64,000 nucleotides of DNA from Candidatus Omnitrophota bacterium (GCA_022709525.1 JAKLIQ010000006.1:2708-66707), one strand, 5' to 3'; shown: positions 18,201 to 22,406, counted from the first letter of the stretch. The notes: a model not told the origin generated them from the sequence alone. Translations and numbers: made by a program.

Positions 18201-18698
18201 TTCCTCACAAAGATGCGGTTTGCCGCCGCCAAGGCCGCGCTCGGCATTAAAACATTCAGCGCCGGCGATGTGCTTGTGATCGGGAGGGGATTTGCCCTCG
18301 AGCAGGGCGCGATCGCCGCAGTGCGGACGGTCTTTGGCGATATACCCGTTTTAATTTACACAGATCAAGCGGAGGACGTCGGCTTCCTCGAACAACTCAA
18401 TGTCCAGCTTGCCCAAGCCCATCGGCCGCCAGTCCTGGTGGCTCGGAATCCGGATGAAGCGAGAAAACTCCTGGACGAGGAAGCCGCACGGCTCCGCCAA
18501 GCAGGCGTTAGTTCGATCCATTTTAAGGCCATGGTCTACGAAGCGGAGACCCTGCCTGAAGCTCTCCGGAAGCAGCTTTCCGATGTGACGGTCGTGACAT
18601 CCCGCATGTTCAAGCATTTCCTCAATCTTGCCGGCTCCCGCATTGCCGCGCTGGCGCAGGAAGTCCAGGTCAAGTTCGCCTTCGCGCGGTCGGCATAA
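3222..18698 (+). CDS. Giant multidomain protein 1 (about 5,160 aa; the ORF is open from TTG 3153). Order: N-terminal signal/anchor, TraB/Tiki-like domain, REC, TM, CBM-like beta-rich region, 2 TM, GT35 alpha-glucan phosphorylase, UDP-glucose 6-dehydrogenase, nucleoside-diphosphate kinase, shared C-terminal domain.
   Basis: Single uninterrupted 15.5-kb ORF. The first ATG (MDCLKNLRRFLAGIVAFTFFATN...) is followed by a hydrophobic segment. Domain motifs are listed in the separate features. Confidence 0.85.
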   Translation: MDCLKNLRRFLAGIVAFTFFATNTLTPTPSAYAANVESPSFVSSFKIPAEFGKVTDIFLGTRDSFLGTRSTKNSNESRVLIHIQEAHANYDAQKNIRNILEYLSQNYGIKLVLLEGAGNKLQPELFRFFPQDAELQQAVNDKLMEIGELNGAEVFMIENTGLGARPLGLDKTRNKNESLVPSDESRSESVAAFGVENTAAYVKNLASYREVFEGRKIADDFLGAFYTRWQRSADLSMNKSLREFLGRETAFEEDRVPLQDWLESLKKTASRELELDLDNVRVQNDWPVLVRYFRLKQIAPKINAAKARQEKEVFLQDLKARRIPSELLQEITKLLEHKKDGDLPPYKTRFAFEKLMDLLPTDYSFEQYPNFKLHLQQLILLSELQSDQLQEEIAKLTEKLTVRLTQTENDKQLVAVLHDYRLVKKLFQLELNRGEYQQLLSRNVSPANIIKGLGTSSSGLGNPGKTRSESRMTRLELLYGTAIRFYEGAIEREHWMMQKALERMRERKQAKAVLITGGFHTDGFREKILAGGSSYIGITPRIGEITADSQKNYIQTLLGLNGTSASHLGTRKNEEQKQVPSPESRVPVAVSDIAATPRSDIRLMAETGALDHSLSRIEAASIDIVASTRPENRETYQAQLTQGIQTIKDEVFSGPTSTVRAEMRRAIRVEIPEQVNNALNLEQYLRSLLGKAEYGTQNVTLEAIAAGEWRIVLVTQKGETIPTSNMALASSILSEKGYHNGIRDLQAIEFHPRSEMRERILLVDDSESDRALFRVILESKKYEVVVVESAEEALEEYARAKKEGKPFAAVVSDWNMPKMKGDELARRITDVPFILQSSNILEDGTAENPAEQKILDELAALNPFFRTHSKNELGFLAEKLAGLIFAAKPPVLSFLEMHSAFTAIAKEAAGNDDLVKFINDKWEPFLTTGPLTKTKEKPLKTGQDWQQYFLKLGRLNHDPDIAAEAYRRFQAMVKKNTGKELPPLREGPRQRSEIRTTAKKAADAKRTIKNIADYVRPEQGQKKGIGKITIPYYKGGVEISYRFERLKEKKKEIIEVFKNLIAALELEAEEEPEIGRHFEEGMSHQDLVGVFRYDLEQNHIFMLLAWLKALGFLDLSPTQQALLEKMKETKSADKIKLYPRILNIDLKVLKPEVEKSSVTREAEEEDLEPDANDLEGEDAEARAEVRASQPAGKTGFGIFYRFKLALAIGIIGLWSAIMARAQTVFPGKPYLEHYAGLSGSGSIAQYSSAHFKWNFRIWNPGYSLAVYNFGTTAQGPQNLSGYTSFSWDVRSYINNTTGHQGVFRVEFKDTDGDIASKTVSGIYSNYQTVTITLAELLASNPAYNPQNTKEIVWVADSNAYMPDDYEGWAEFKTGGLFFTTNISPNASYTLYDTTELPEGTEGAVDPVTVYPVGASVTASNQDHGIAFTYNTGGQTWAGAGMAFDDFGTVPVGTGDLSGFSNLVFGIKATGTTQLKMEIVDSAENKEYVYLNGMNAGYQTWVIPMSFFAGIDLENVKVIYFIVEGAGKSGTVSINHIPETIDITGVRRQQNNDVVTFSSISGLTYRVDQSAAGLVSPNWQTGATTRALGPSATITNSTGSSSNTVVTRVIYNRSEAREEKTPAYKIKSEEVSVYDPSSPKSEPYAVAMDLVEEVRISETRTVYFKKAAFEEAYEIYLKGVPNALGLLKEGVRTRIGDLPFRFIAREGKLIILAEKPGIVVMKKIPQTEAAIAKKTPLAAKAPLRIKKSELTKIQGEGRSRSEARLDIEKEMFKSFSELSSDLRVKLKTEWSRFRRFGGNSLEKALREDNEAGVLTLLEYYWEFVGEKIVPPDVLSGKVSMVALSLTGACVMGLVGLTEIPVHALLINLSIWSFIAASGVFAVSLAGSLIGNRMKHSELARVDHLIKLMRELMVRRNHLPLSTLEEKTLSGASSGAPVEAVYRPPRMIQFSEPFVEGERPGKRPPEVEPPARAELRGFGFDVPDWAVGSASNYLKLQGFEETDLRDAKVLVKKRSDGMVYNVTLPSEFSQPFDALDTLLKEIEILEVSQISHIEVESRAYILKHLLAIARGYDQEAAQKAGALLRRLNKPHSAAAAMEEAKKLISSSRSEARAAGTEENPAFEKIRKAVVELAFELAQKPWYKVPKAGEDFDAMVRILSEHNQKRILGIVASRIEQFAGEIRRSMKDGSTWKMLRSRYETALDASRKVSGAPSSLEELITEMPFVFVDRIVQFGKAQRPLEERLAQAVEALAEIQRGSYGLENAKTAHELETRLSRRGSERFMDVLESAEDFSRAVLSQRSEVRDNTNTIDGYTVVSRQLEAGLDRSILEALNKKLSRRFPNLGHMIRRYVGLVAETTLTGGLGALMHDLFPAWGKNFGSQEKREKDLVAINVVYESIKGQRYAKYLPAEIQEGRKTLGDYLRGVLKSDKSLSLSFELEIGDDFRRKAADEERFAASYGSAEYRVFAHKAKQIIGQKIYVEVYPTETHFGRVPNYYVDAYFIDNEGEKISIFDEVYPDAPHGHPNLWRDVHMAVYSLASQHLLEKLRRKGVVKSKFLFVDNEVFVSTPTPLFPDAIHHHVNHTVFRPGLYMPDEASYEMLGFPEVQRKYIVKDGKINIIDAVGISSHLITGVALYEHTPVLAKDIMAAHVHKLESYNKEGVRNTNGVYLEQWQSPLLTDLISQYKAKIGLEPEDSNQAFYREIQKTTHARILEEFEEKAEFIKAVHAAELLLWLKEDQNYSLWFDEMLEAFQGQRGVAGGEWHLDIADAGKFVEGFRQAVQDAVIDPAGWQHFKAGPMFFLKELLLREPIISNVRRQVSYKGPDKWLEILRKLQRDPHALAQFKENAPRVILGGREFGEEAHGMFLEIQGLIRALGLQDRFATVDDYNNYIAPIIFQGVSGSVMLSDEFLEASATSMMKAIANGAALIGVWGGADPEIFTIVDHKTKRELDVFKDHVTHDELVKNLRTGAWKITNGFLIEYSSQENSTQPGGGRRPSADSLLRALLDLNEQYQDPEARRRLQFNTLASSLKVDMAEGQALAHKMLWEEAIRILQEEDKVFEGLKISQEDSEALLSRSIRGQGIVDFIEEFRYLRMKGRESYDRVAFYATQGLQGSIFGFLNEFFKDFDHTLEPVIRKIHELSVRAETTTNLQEKVIANLEALEIVERLTVEVSVALFEHYVLSGDKALEPYLAKPIIRENLARYFDEHAVALESIAKKIPGYTVSIGDKNYLVALNLGEFSYVGPSGEKARGDFYGEEGIKALIGEEAAKNDASIFQLVDAITDQRYGTYPVWKMMERFPIGVPYPGVQVLRVEDTGQQSEEKETRLRNDILHYLEALANNRLVSDGKPITQLLLQKIQTVVEDPAKLSKMLKVVANLSREEAIVKFTRGGVPAVMAFIAILSPELLEDVKHWNPDVYKKLNAVIQDPAFEKNFKEGKIWFHKVDRDSALVISRNLPGQDIPPVIVPIHFPDRPYRADDGKAWFRLLDVRNLGVENSDKIEYQVYDAILQKAYEPKTGAKLHSEKWHLGVPVEGAGYRFQILQVQLVSAARSETRGVSNEETEEWTKHINDWIKHTPEKVLILGLGFVGLTKLVLGVTDHGWDAVGLEIVPSKANMISQGGMPFFADMMEPEYDKEGKMKDPGLLQTAIESGRFHVTSSYDEALKDPERDIIFLAVQTPQSNDGRADTFYLEYAVREVARRTFSYPRIIVGKSTAPPKTTVEKLRISVEEARAERMQEVFIKQLHDASMQTERSGDEAIFKLVQGFLSEQLIKQKMVLDSEKSYLEAVSREDWAGDVRRTEKKLRTIHRDNPENIKTTLDLLRETIGEGKFNSLFNSKEILDQTIPIEFAWEPEFLREGKEVVDDRGEAGRIVIGAENLKAAQKVKALYEHYNPNLNPPRQQVPIVITDLASAQTVKYAANTYRAIKISFINYIGWLCQVMGYDVNKIADIIGIEGNVRRAFLNASLGFGGSCFPKDLAAFVKLCRELGLLPNLVLDALAVNEVQIRRFVNLIVKQLDGVKDKTIVVLGGAFKPETSDTRDSRAVRVMQDLLQKGAKIRVVDPKAIPELQRMFKAYPPGVIEYFENLDDFENVFKEADGIVLATEWEIFRDKRIDPKNGKMDFEKIAALFTHRQSLPHIFDGRNLFERKAVKEFGFSYIDIGRAELLKSDKEHVAFAKQVKEVFLAGRVSHINDVAELAEKTGANALDIRKGFGLDPVVGESYLDPGIGWGGHDLVNSLRALEKQSWDNIKDLLDEYREARKDFMKQFGFSENEFPDDENRVPFVTASREINKKQIGLYLNKVKTILGPDLNGKDITLIGLAYKIGTYSLEESPSIHLIEALLQEGAIVHIADENLAATANTKDYFSRFQHGKFVENIRLYNNLSDAIVNGKDLQVLVNLSERYSEESEWAKLGLKKVLDARHFFNDPVSLKKTGISYFALGIPEVSLAEEEVLRQREMESRAVLSQMQKAIVFYKDKVMIEEREDETYKVTAFVKIEDSWLQRADFYIFYGPYPHERQTFDWYAQEVLGGNIRKIEQTPDFYQIKLIISPKNNFPAVEGRYGLTLFAVPKTMAETDPGFRKVRLWAAKPFDDTPFIVRRTERSELRSPVEDFRAEIEAGKVTFIMFKEDAVRGRNEEGLMVPQMLERLRDHGFELVYLGAQTEFTQEQAREFYAVHQGKWFYEPLVQYITSGPAIPALVRYHGEGPAVQAIRSILPSLRQEFGIEKGDPELKKVERNKIHASDSPENVFYEGAIAFRSELRTLDVEALVATIAEPVSAIDLFKKIGQNSALRQIRALKEQIIKASSEFNQSKRQAEEVQEIGDLGLKIAKLLSQENYSPEKTQGILQKAVSELSEALGLILRLLTYAATANTKSIQPSVSVEAQKMVKKIEAAMERPAREKKATETASPRSELRNVAALIATGVEVRTPEEFFRRNLEQGGGHEQGVRSVTEKVMDGIYSLLAHSFDAAKVISSAFFPEAYAQEMLTMASKPEMFLTKMRFAAAKAALGIKTFSAGDVLVIGRGFALEQGAIAAVRTVFGDIPVLIYTDQAEDVGFLEQLNVQLAQAHRPPVLVARNPDEARKLLDEEAARLRQAGVSSIHFKAMVYEAETLPEALRKQLSDVTVVTSRMFKHFLNLAGSRIAALAQEVQVKFAFARSA
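3396..3458. repeat. In-frame GGGACTCG element inside giant 1, encoding ...LGTRDSFLGTRSTKNSNESR.
   Basis: ttagggactcgggactcgttcctagggactcgtagcacaaagaactcaaacgagtcccgcg. Confidence 0.8.
3700..3780. repeat. In-frame GGGACTCG element inside giant 1 (centre in inverted orientation), encoding GLGARPLGLDKTRNKNESLVPSDESR.
   Basis: gggactcggggctcgacccttgggactcgataaaactaggaacaaaaacgagtccctagtccctagtgacgagtcccgc. Confidence 0.8.
4574..4637. repeat. In-frame GGGACTCG element inside giant 1, encoding GLGTSSSGLGNPGKTRSESRMTR.
   Basis: gggactcgggactagttcctcgggactcgggaatccaggaaaaacgaggagcgagtcccgaatgacg. Confidence 0.8.
4905..4982. repeat. In-frame GGGACTCG element inside giant 1 with 4 tandem CGAGTCCC octamers, encoding ...HLGTRKNEEQKQVPSPESRVP.
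   Basis: gggactagcgcctcgcacctcgggactcgtaaaaacgaggaacaaaaacaagtcccgagtcccgagtcccgagtccc. Confidence 0.8.
5494..5860 (+). other. Response-regulator receiver (REC, CheY-like) domain in giant 1.
   Basis: RILLVDDSESDRALFRVILESKKYEVVVVESAEEALEEY...PFAAVVSDWNMPKMKGDELARRI. This fits the DD ... D-x-x-MP-x-M-x-G pattern of REC domains. An RSEMR motif lies immediately upstream. Confidence 0.7.
6803..8050 (+). other. TM helix (6803-6877) followed by a Thr/Gly/Asn/Tyr-rich beta-sandwich-like extracytoplasmic region, possibly a carbohydrate-binding module.
   Basis: FGIFYRFKLALAIGIIGLWSAIMA, then QTWAGAGMAFDDFG...FSNLVFGIKATGTTQLKMEIVD...VKVIYFIVEGAGKSGTVSINHI. Confidence 0.35.
10150..12120 (+). other. 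Glycosyltransferase family 35 alpha-glucan (glycogen/maltodextrin) phosphorylase domain in giant 1.
   Basis: TLTGGLGALMHD (compare GNGGLGRLAAC) at 10292-10327. SDEFLEASATSMMKAIANGAALIGVWGGADPEI (11930-12030) matches the PLP-lysine signature EASGTSNMKFxLNGALTIGTxDGANVE. Confidence 0.7.
13950..16330 (+). other. UDP-glucose/GDP-mannose 6-dehydrogenase family domain in giant 1 (NAD-binding, central and UDP-binding parts, plus a duplicated C-terminal UDP-binding domain). The region is lower in GC than the rest of the gene.
   Basis: KVLILGLGFVGL (GxGxxG), IVGKSTAPPKTT (compare STVPPGTT), GFGGSCFPKDL catalytic Cys at 15118-15150, KTIVVLGGAFKPETSDTRDS. Second copy DITLIGLAYKIGTYSLEESPS. Confidence 0.8.
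17077..17490 (+). other. Nucleoside-diphosphate kinase (NDK) domain in giant 1, bracketed by RSELR motifs.
   Basis: KVTFIMFKEDAV (compare TFIMIKPD), YITSGPAIPALVRYHGEG (compare YMxSGPVVAMVWEG), RNKIHASDSPENV (compare RNIIHGSDSVESA; catalytic His present). Confidence 0.7.
18000..18695 (+). other. C-terminal domain of unknown function shared by both giant proteins.
   Basis: ...SSIHFKAMVYEA...TSRMFKHFLNLAGSRIAALAQEVQVKFAFARSA* in giant 1 against ...RSVHFKAMAGAN...TERTFENFLNIAGVSALVNAMTVQYKATAKSA* in giant 2. Confidence 0.6.
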
Positions 18699-18745
18699 TC
18701 CAAATACCGGGACTGGGTCTGCCTGCCGGCCAGGCAGGGACTCGT
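18699..18745 (+). terminator. GC-rich hairpin immediately after the giant 1 stop. Candidate intrinsic terminator, merged into the repeat complex.
   Basis: gggtctgcctgccggccaggcaggg (ctgcctgcc / ggccaggcag stem). Confidence 0.3.
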
Positions 18746-18882
18746 TCCTCGCCTGGCTCTCATTAATTCTTTATTGGAAGCCAGCGCAGCGCTTTAGTGC
18801 GGGACTTGTTCGGTCTCTCGTTTTTATTTTACGTTTCCCGAGTCCCGAATCCCGTTTTACGCGAATCGGGATTGCGTTATAA
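18705..18882. repeat. Composite array of GGGACTCG-family units and variants (GGGACTTG, CGAGTCCCGAATCCCG).
   Basis: ...cagggactcgttcctcgcctgg...gcgggacttgttcggtctctcgtttttattttacgtttcccgagtcccgaatcccgttttacgcgaatcgggattgcg. Confidence 0.7.
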
Positions 18883-18892
18883 TCCCTCCCTT

Positions 18893-19774
18893 ATGACTAA
18901 CTTTAAAACAATCCCGATTCGGATAGGCCACAGTCCGGATCCTGACGATGCGTTCATGTTCTACGCCCTCGCGCATGAAAAAATTGATATGCGCGGTTTT
19001 AAAGTAGGGCATGTGATCGAAGATATCGAATCCCTCAATCAGCGCGCGCTTAAGGGTGAACTTGACGTGACGGCGGTTTCCTGCCACGCCTATGCTTATC
19101 TTGCGGACCGCTATGCCGTCATGCGTTCAGGAGCAAGCGTGGGGGATAATTATGGGCCGATTCTTGTTGCCCGGGACTCGTCCCTCGGGACTCGTCCCTC
19201 GTTTTCTGGTAAAAAGATAGCCGTACCAGGCAAGTTGACGACAGCGTTTCTTATTTTCCAACTTTTTCTGGATGATGTTTTTAAAAAAACAAGTCGCGAG
19301 TCCCGAGTCCCGAATTTTGTATTCGTTCCATTCGACAAGATCTTTGACGCCGTAAAGAACGGCGACGCGGACTACGGTCTCATCATCCACGAAGGTCAGA
19401 TCACGTATCAAAAACACGGCCTTGAAAAAACGGTGGATCTTGGAGAATGGTGGCATAAAAGAACAAAACTGCCGCTGCCGCTCGGGATCGATGTGATCCG
19501 AAAAGATCTTGGGCAGGAAACCATAAGGTCTTTCGCGGCGCTTTTTAAGGAAAGTATCGAATACGCCTTGAACCACCGGAAAGATGCCTTAGAATACGCA
19601 AGCCGGTTCGGCCGCGGCATTTCCGAAGACCTGAACGACCGGTTTGTCGGGATGTACGTGAACGATCGGACGGTCGATCTCGGCAAGGACGGCGAGGCGG
19701 GCTTCCGGCGGCTTCTAGATGAGGCTTATCGCGCCGGGATCATCCCGGAGAAGGTGAAGCTGGAATTTATATAA
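18893..19774 (+). CDS. mqnD: Menaquinone (futalosine pathway) MqnD/MqnA-family protein, probably 1,4-dihydroxy-6-naphthoate synthase. Carries two in-frame repeat-arm insertions.
   Basis: IRIGHSPDPDDAFMFYAL, GELDVTAVSCHAYAYL, GPILVA, KIAVPGKLTTAFLIF, DYGLIIHEGQITYQKHGLEKTVDLGEWWHKRTKLPLPLGIDVIRKDLG all match the MqnA/MqnD (PBP-like) family. The start is taken at MTNFKT; the track ORF opens at 18797 inside the repeats. Confidence 0.6.
   Translation: MTNFKTIPIRIGHSPDPDDAFMFYALAHEKIDMRGFKVGHVIEDIESLNQRALKGELDVTAVSCHAYAYLADRYAVMRSGASVGDNYGPILVARDSSLGTRPSFSGKKIAVPGKLTTAFLIFQLFLDDVFKKTSRESRVPNFVFVPFDKIFDAVKNGDADYGLIIHEGQITYQKHGLEKTVDLGEWWHKRTKLPLPLGIDVIRKDLGQETIRSFAALFKESIEYALNHRKDALEYASRFGRGISEDLNDRFVGMYVNDRTVDLGKDGEAGFRRLLDEAYRAGIIPEKVKLEFI
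19172..19205. repeat. Solo left arm of a GGGACTCG element (2 units) in frame in mqnD, encoding RDSSLGTRPS.
   Basis: cccgggactcgtccctcgggactcgtccctcg. Confidence 0.75.
19291..19315. repeat. Solo right arm (CGAGTCCC x2) in frame in mqnD, encoding SRESRVP. About 85 bp of native mqnD sequence lies between the two arms.
   Basis: aagtcgcgagtcccgagtcccgaatttt. Confidence 0.75.
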
Positions 19775-19780
19775 TCTAAT

Positions 19781-19859
19781 GGGACTAGGGACTCGGGACT
19801 GGGGACTCGCTTTGGTTCCTCGTTCATTCGAGTCCCGAGGTGCGAGTCCCGAGCAACGA
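19781..19859. repeat. GGGACTCG palindromic element in the intergenic gap before 19867.
   Basis: gggactagggactcgggactggggactcgctttggttcctcgttcattcgagtcccgaggtgcgagtcccgagcaacgag. Confidence 0.85.
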
Positions 19860-19866
19860 GGGTATT

Positions 19867-20466
19867 ATGGCTAACGACGAATTACGCGCTAAAACACAGG
19901 AAATCGCCAAGAAACACAAAGCTTCCTGGATCGAGCTTGGGCAGTATCTTTTCTCGATCTATAAGAACAAGCTTTATAAGGAATGGGGTTACCAGCAGTT
20001 TGAGACCTATTGCCAAAAAGAGCTGAATATCAGGAACACCACCGCTTCCAAGCTTATCCGTTCCTATTCTTTCCTCGAAAAGGAAGAGCCGCGGATCGTA
20101 AAGCCGGACTTCACGGAAGGAGAAACGCCGAAGAAGATCCCGGATTATGAGGCGGTCAATCTCTTAAGACTTGCCAAAAACAACAAGACTATTCCCGCCA
20201 ACGAATTTGCCGAACTCCGGAACGATGTTCTGAACGAGGGGAAGGAACCCAAAGAAGTGCGGGCCGCGGTCAAAAAGATCCTCGAGACCCATGCGCCGAA
20301 AGAAACGCCGGAGATGAAGGACCAGAAACGGGGTTCGATCTTACGCCGGCTGATCGGATTTCTTAATTCGGCCAAAAGCCAACTTGAGGAAGAGGATCTT
20401 GTGCCGGATTATTTACTCAAACAGATCGATACGCTGACGCAGAAACTCGAAGACCAGCTCAACTAA
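19867..20466 (+). CDS. Hypothetical protein (about 200 aa), flanked on both sides by GGGACTCG elements.
   Basis: Start MANDELRAK with GAGGG upstream. The segment ASWIELGQYLFSIYKNKLYKEWGYQQFETYCQKEL might be a DNA-binding/HTH-like region. The rest is a Lys/Glu-rich helix. No confident family assignment. Confidence 0.5.
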   Translation: MANDELRAKTQEIAKKHKASWIELGQYLFSIYKNKLYKEWGYQQFETYCQKELNIRNTTASKLIRSYSFLEKEEPRIVKPDFTEGETPKKIPDYEAVNLLRLAKNNKTIPANEFAELRNDVLNEGKEPKEVRAAVKKILETHAPKETPEMKDQKRGSILRRLIGFLNSAKSQLEEEDLVPDYLLKQIDTLTQKLEDQLN

Positions 20467-20866
20467 GGACGGGACTCGATACTCGTTCCTCGGGACTCGC
20501 TTTGGTTCCTCGTTTTCTCGAGTCCCTAGTCCCCAGCGACGAGTCCCGCTTTGATCGCTTTTTTGCGACCAAAGCTGCTTTTTTAGAGCGCGGCCACTCT
20601 TTCACTTCGCATTCCCGGATAAGCGCGCGCGACCGGTCGCCGCATGTTTCGGAATAAAGCATTTCTACAGGCCTGCGGGTACGGGTATAACGGGACGCTT
20701 TACCGTCTTGATGCATCTTGAAGCGCCGCTCGATATCGTTGGTGATCCCCGTATAAAACGATCCATCGCAGCATTTCAGAATGTAAAGCGACCATGCCTC
20801 CGCGGTTTTCCCAGCGGTTTTTTCTTTTTTAAGACCCGCGAGCATTCGTTTATAGGTGGGATGCAT
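20459..20866 (-). CDS. GIY-YIG nuclease-family protein (UPF0213/YhbQ-like) with a 30-aa repeat-encoded C-terminal extension.
   Basis: WSLYILKCCDGSFYTGITNDIERRFKMHQDGKASRYTRTRRPVEMLYSETCGDRSRALIRECEVKEW. The tail ...RDSSLGTRDSRKRGTKASPEERVSSPVLS comes from the repeat. Confidence 0.65.
   Translation of the reverse strand: MHPTYKRMLAGLKKEKTAGKTAEAWSLYILKCCDGSFYTGITNDIERRFKMHQDGKASRYTRTRRPVEMLYSETCGDRSRALIRECEVKEWPRSKKAALVAKKRSKRDSSLGTRDSRKRGTKASPEERVSSPVLS
20471..20549. repeat. GGGACTCG palindromic element. It overlaps the 3' end of the GIY-YIG gene and encodes its C-terminal tail.
   Basis: gggactcgatactcgttcctcgggactcgctttggttcctcgttttctcgagtccctagtccccagcgacgagtcccgc. Confidence 0.85.
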
Positions 20867-20875
20867 ATCAACAAC

Positions 20876-20952
20876 CGGGACTCGTTCCTCGGGATTCGTA
20901 CCTCAAAAATGAGAAACCAAAACGAATCCCGAGGGGCTAGTCCCGAGTCCCC
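20876..20952. repeat. GGGACTCG-family element (GGGATTCG variant) between GIY-YIG and the SemiSWEET-like gene.
   Basis: cgggactcgttcctcgggattcgtacctcaaaaatgagaaaccaaaacgaatcccgaggggctagtcccgagtcccc. Confidence 0.8.
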
Positions 20953-21221
20953 CTTTTTTTAAATACATGATGGTACTTCACTGTGACGACCACCACACCG
21001 CTGAAAAAGACAAGATTCATCCAGCCAAAAACGCGGAACGCGAAATCCTGGGATTGTAGGGCGGCGGGCGACATCAGAAGGATGCAGATCCACACCCCGA
21101 AGACCCAAACGAGACTGATGTCATCGGCGGATTTCCGTTTGATGATGCGGATGATCAGGGGAACATTAAAAAGAGGCAGCATCGCTCCCGCCCACGCGCT
21201 GATGTGATGTAGAATTTCCAT
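20937..21221 (-). CDS. SemiSWEET/PQ-loop family small membrane transporter (3 TM). The C-terminal ...KKRGTRD* is supplied by a repeat.
   Basis: MLPLFNVPLIIRIIKRKSADDISLVWVFGVWICILLM aligns with the SemiSWEET FLPQVLRVVMTKQTRDISRNMYIMFFLGVVLW pattern. Confidence 0.55.
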   Translation of the reverse strand: MEILHHISAWAGAMLPLFNVPLIIRIIKRKSADDISLVWVFGVWICILLMSPAALQSQDFAFRVFGWMNLVFFSGVVVVTVKYHHVFKKRGTRD

Positions 21222-21227
21222 GAAATT

Positions 21228-22352
21228 TTAAACCTCAAGTTTCTTTGGGAATTTTGTAAGATTAACACAGCCGGTCTTGGTGATCAAAACAACGTCTTCT
21301 AAGCGCACGCCGCCAACCCCTTGGTAATAAAGGCCGGGTTCCACCGTGACGATTTGTCCCGAGCTTAAAATATCGTCGCCAACGCTGATGCGCGGCGGTT
21401 CATGGACATCAAGCCCCAGTCCGTGGCCCGTGCTATGAAAAAATCCCTGCATGCGACCTTTCCTAAGTCCTGTATTGAAGCCAACTTGTGTAAAATACGT
21501 CCGGATCGCTTCGTGGACCTTTTTGGCGCGGGTTCCGGCGCGCAGCATCTTGAACGCGATTTCCTGTCCTTTTCTGACAGCGGCGTACATTTTTTTAAGT
21601 TTCGTGGAAGCTTTTCCGCGGACCACGGTGCGCGTGAAATCCGCGTAATAAAGCGTTTTTTCGCTGCGCGGAAAAATATCCATCACGATCGGCTGATGAG
21701 CGCGAAGCGGGCCGGATCCCCGGTCATGCGGATCGATCGAATGCCGGCCGCAGGAAACGATCGTGTGCTCTCCCGCGCAACCTTCTTCTAAAAGCGTTTG
21801 GTGGATGACTTTTCTTAAGAATTCGGATGTAAGGACTTTGCCGCGGAAATAAAGTTTATCTTTTCGGATCGCCGAACGTTCCAGGATACGGATGGCTTCA
21901 TGGGCCGCTTTTTCTGTCGCGCGAAGCGCCTGCTTGATCGCCGCGATCTCAAAGCGGTCCTTGATGAGACGTTTTTCAAAAAAGATCCCATGTTTGCAGC
22001 AGATTTTAAGACCGGCGCGTTTGAGAGGTTCATAGTACCGAACGGGGAAACTCCCGGGGACGGTCAGGCGTTTTACTTTTTGTTTTTTCAGGAAATAAAG
22101 AACAAGGTCCGCGAAAGAAGGCGGTTTCCCGTATTTTTGTTTATATTCCGAGGCGAGGCGGGAGGTCGAAAGGACTTGATCAACACAGGCTTCTTTTTTA
22201 GCGCGGTCGATCTCAAGATCGCTTACGAGGATGTATTTTTTTCCGCGGATCCGGGCGAAAGCAAAAGCATCGGGCGCGATGAATTTCGTCGCGTAATAAA
22301 GGTCCGCATCCTTTTCGCTTGAGGCGATGATAAGGAGATTTTCCCGTCGCAT
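21228..22352 (-). CDS. pepP: M24-family Xaa-Pro aminopeptidase/dipeptidase.
   Basis: Creatinase-N-like N-terminus. HGLGLDVHEPPRISVGDDILSSGQIVTVEPGLYYQGVGGVRLEDVVLITKTG (pita-bread fold metal ligands). Confidence 0.8.
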   Translation of the reverse strand: MRRENLLIIASSEKDADLYYATKFIAPDAFAFARIRGKKYILVSDLEIDRAKKEACVDQVLSTSRLASEYKQKYGKPPSFADLVLYFLKKQKVKRLTVPGSFPVRYYEPLKRAGLKICCKHGIFFEKRLIKDRFEIAAIKQALRATEKAAHEAIRILERSAIRKDKLYFRGKVLTSEFLRKVIHQTLLEEGCAGEHTIVSCGRHSIDPHDRGSGPLRAHQPIVMDIFPRSEKTLYYADFTRTVVRGKASTKLKKMYAAVRKGQEIAFKMLRAGTRAKKVHEAIRTYFTQVGFNTGLRKGRMQGFFHSTGHGLGLDVHEPPRISVGDDILSSGQIVTVEPGLYYQGVGGVRLEDVVLITKTGCVNLTKFPKKLEV

Positions 22353-22406
22353 AGGGAAAGAGTATCATGTCAAGGGCGCAGCGCGCAACGCCTGTCTGGT
22401 AAAAAA

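Noticed and set aside
3756-18617. Numerous 60-200-aa ORFs on other frames or strands inside the giant genes (for example 5139-5729, 10221-11591, 42973-44013, 44704-45516).
   Set aside because: They are wholly embedded in the long, domain-coherent giant ORFs. They show no recognisable domains and have biased composition typical of out-of-frame GC-rich sequence. They were judged spurious.
18797-18892. Upstream extension of mqnD to 18797 (MRDLFGLSFLFYVSRVPNPVLRESGLRYNPSL...).
   Set aside because: The extension is translated entirely from repeat-element sequence (GGGACTTG and CGAGTCCCGAATCCCG arms). The conserved MqnA/MqnD fold begins at MTNFKTIPIRIGHSPDPDD (18893).
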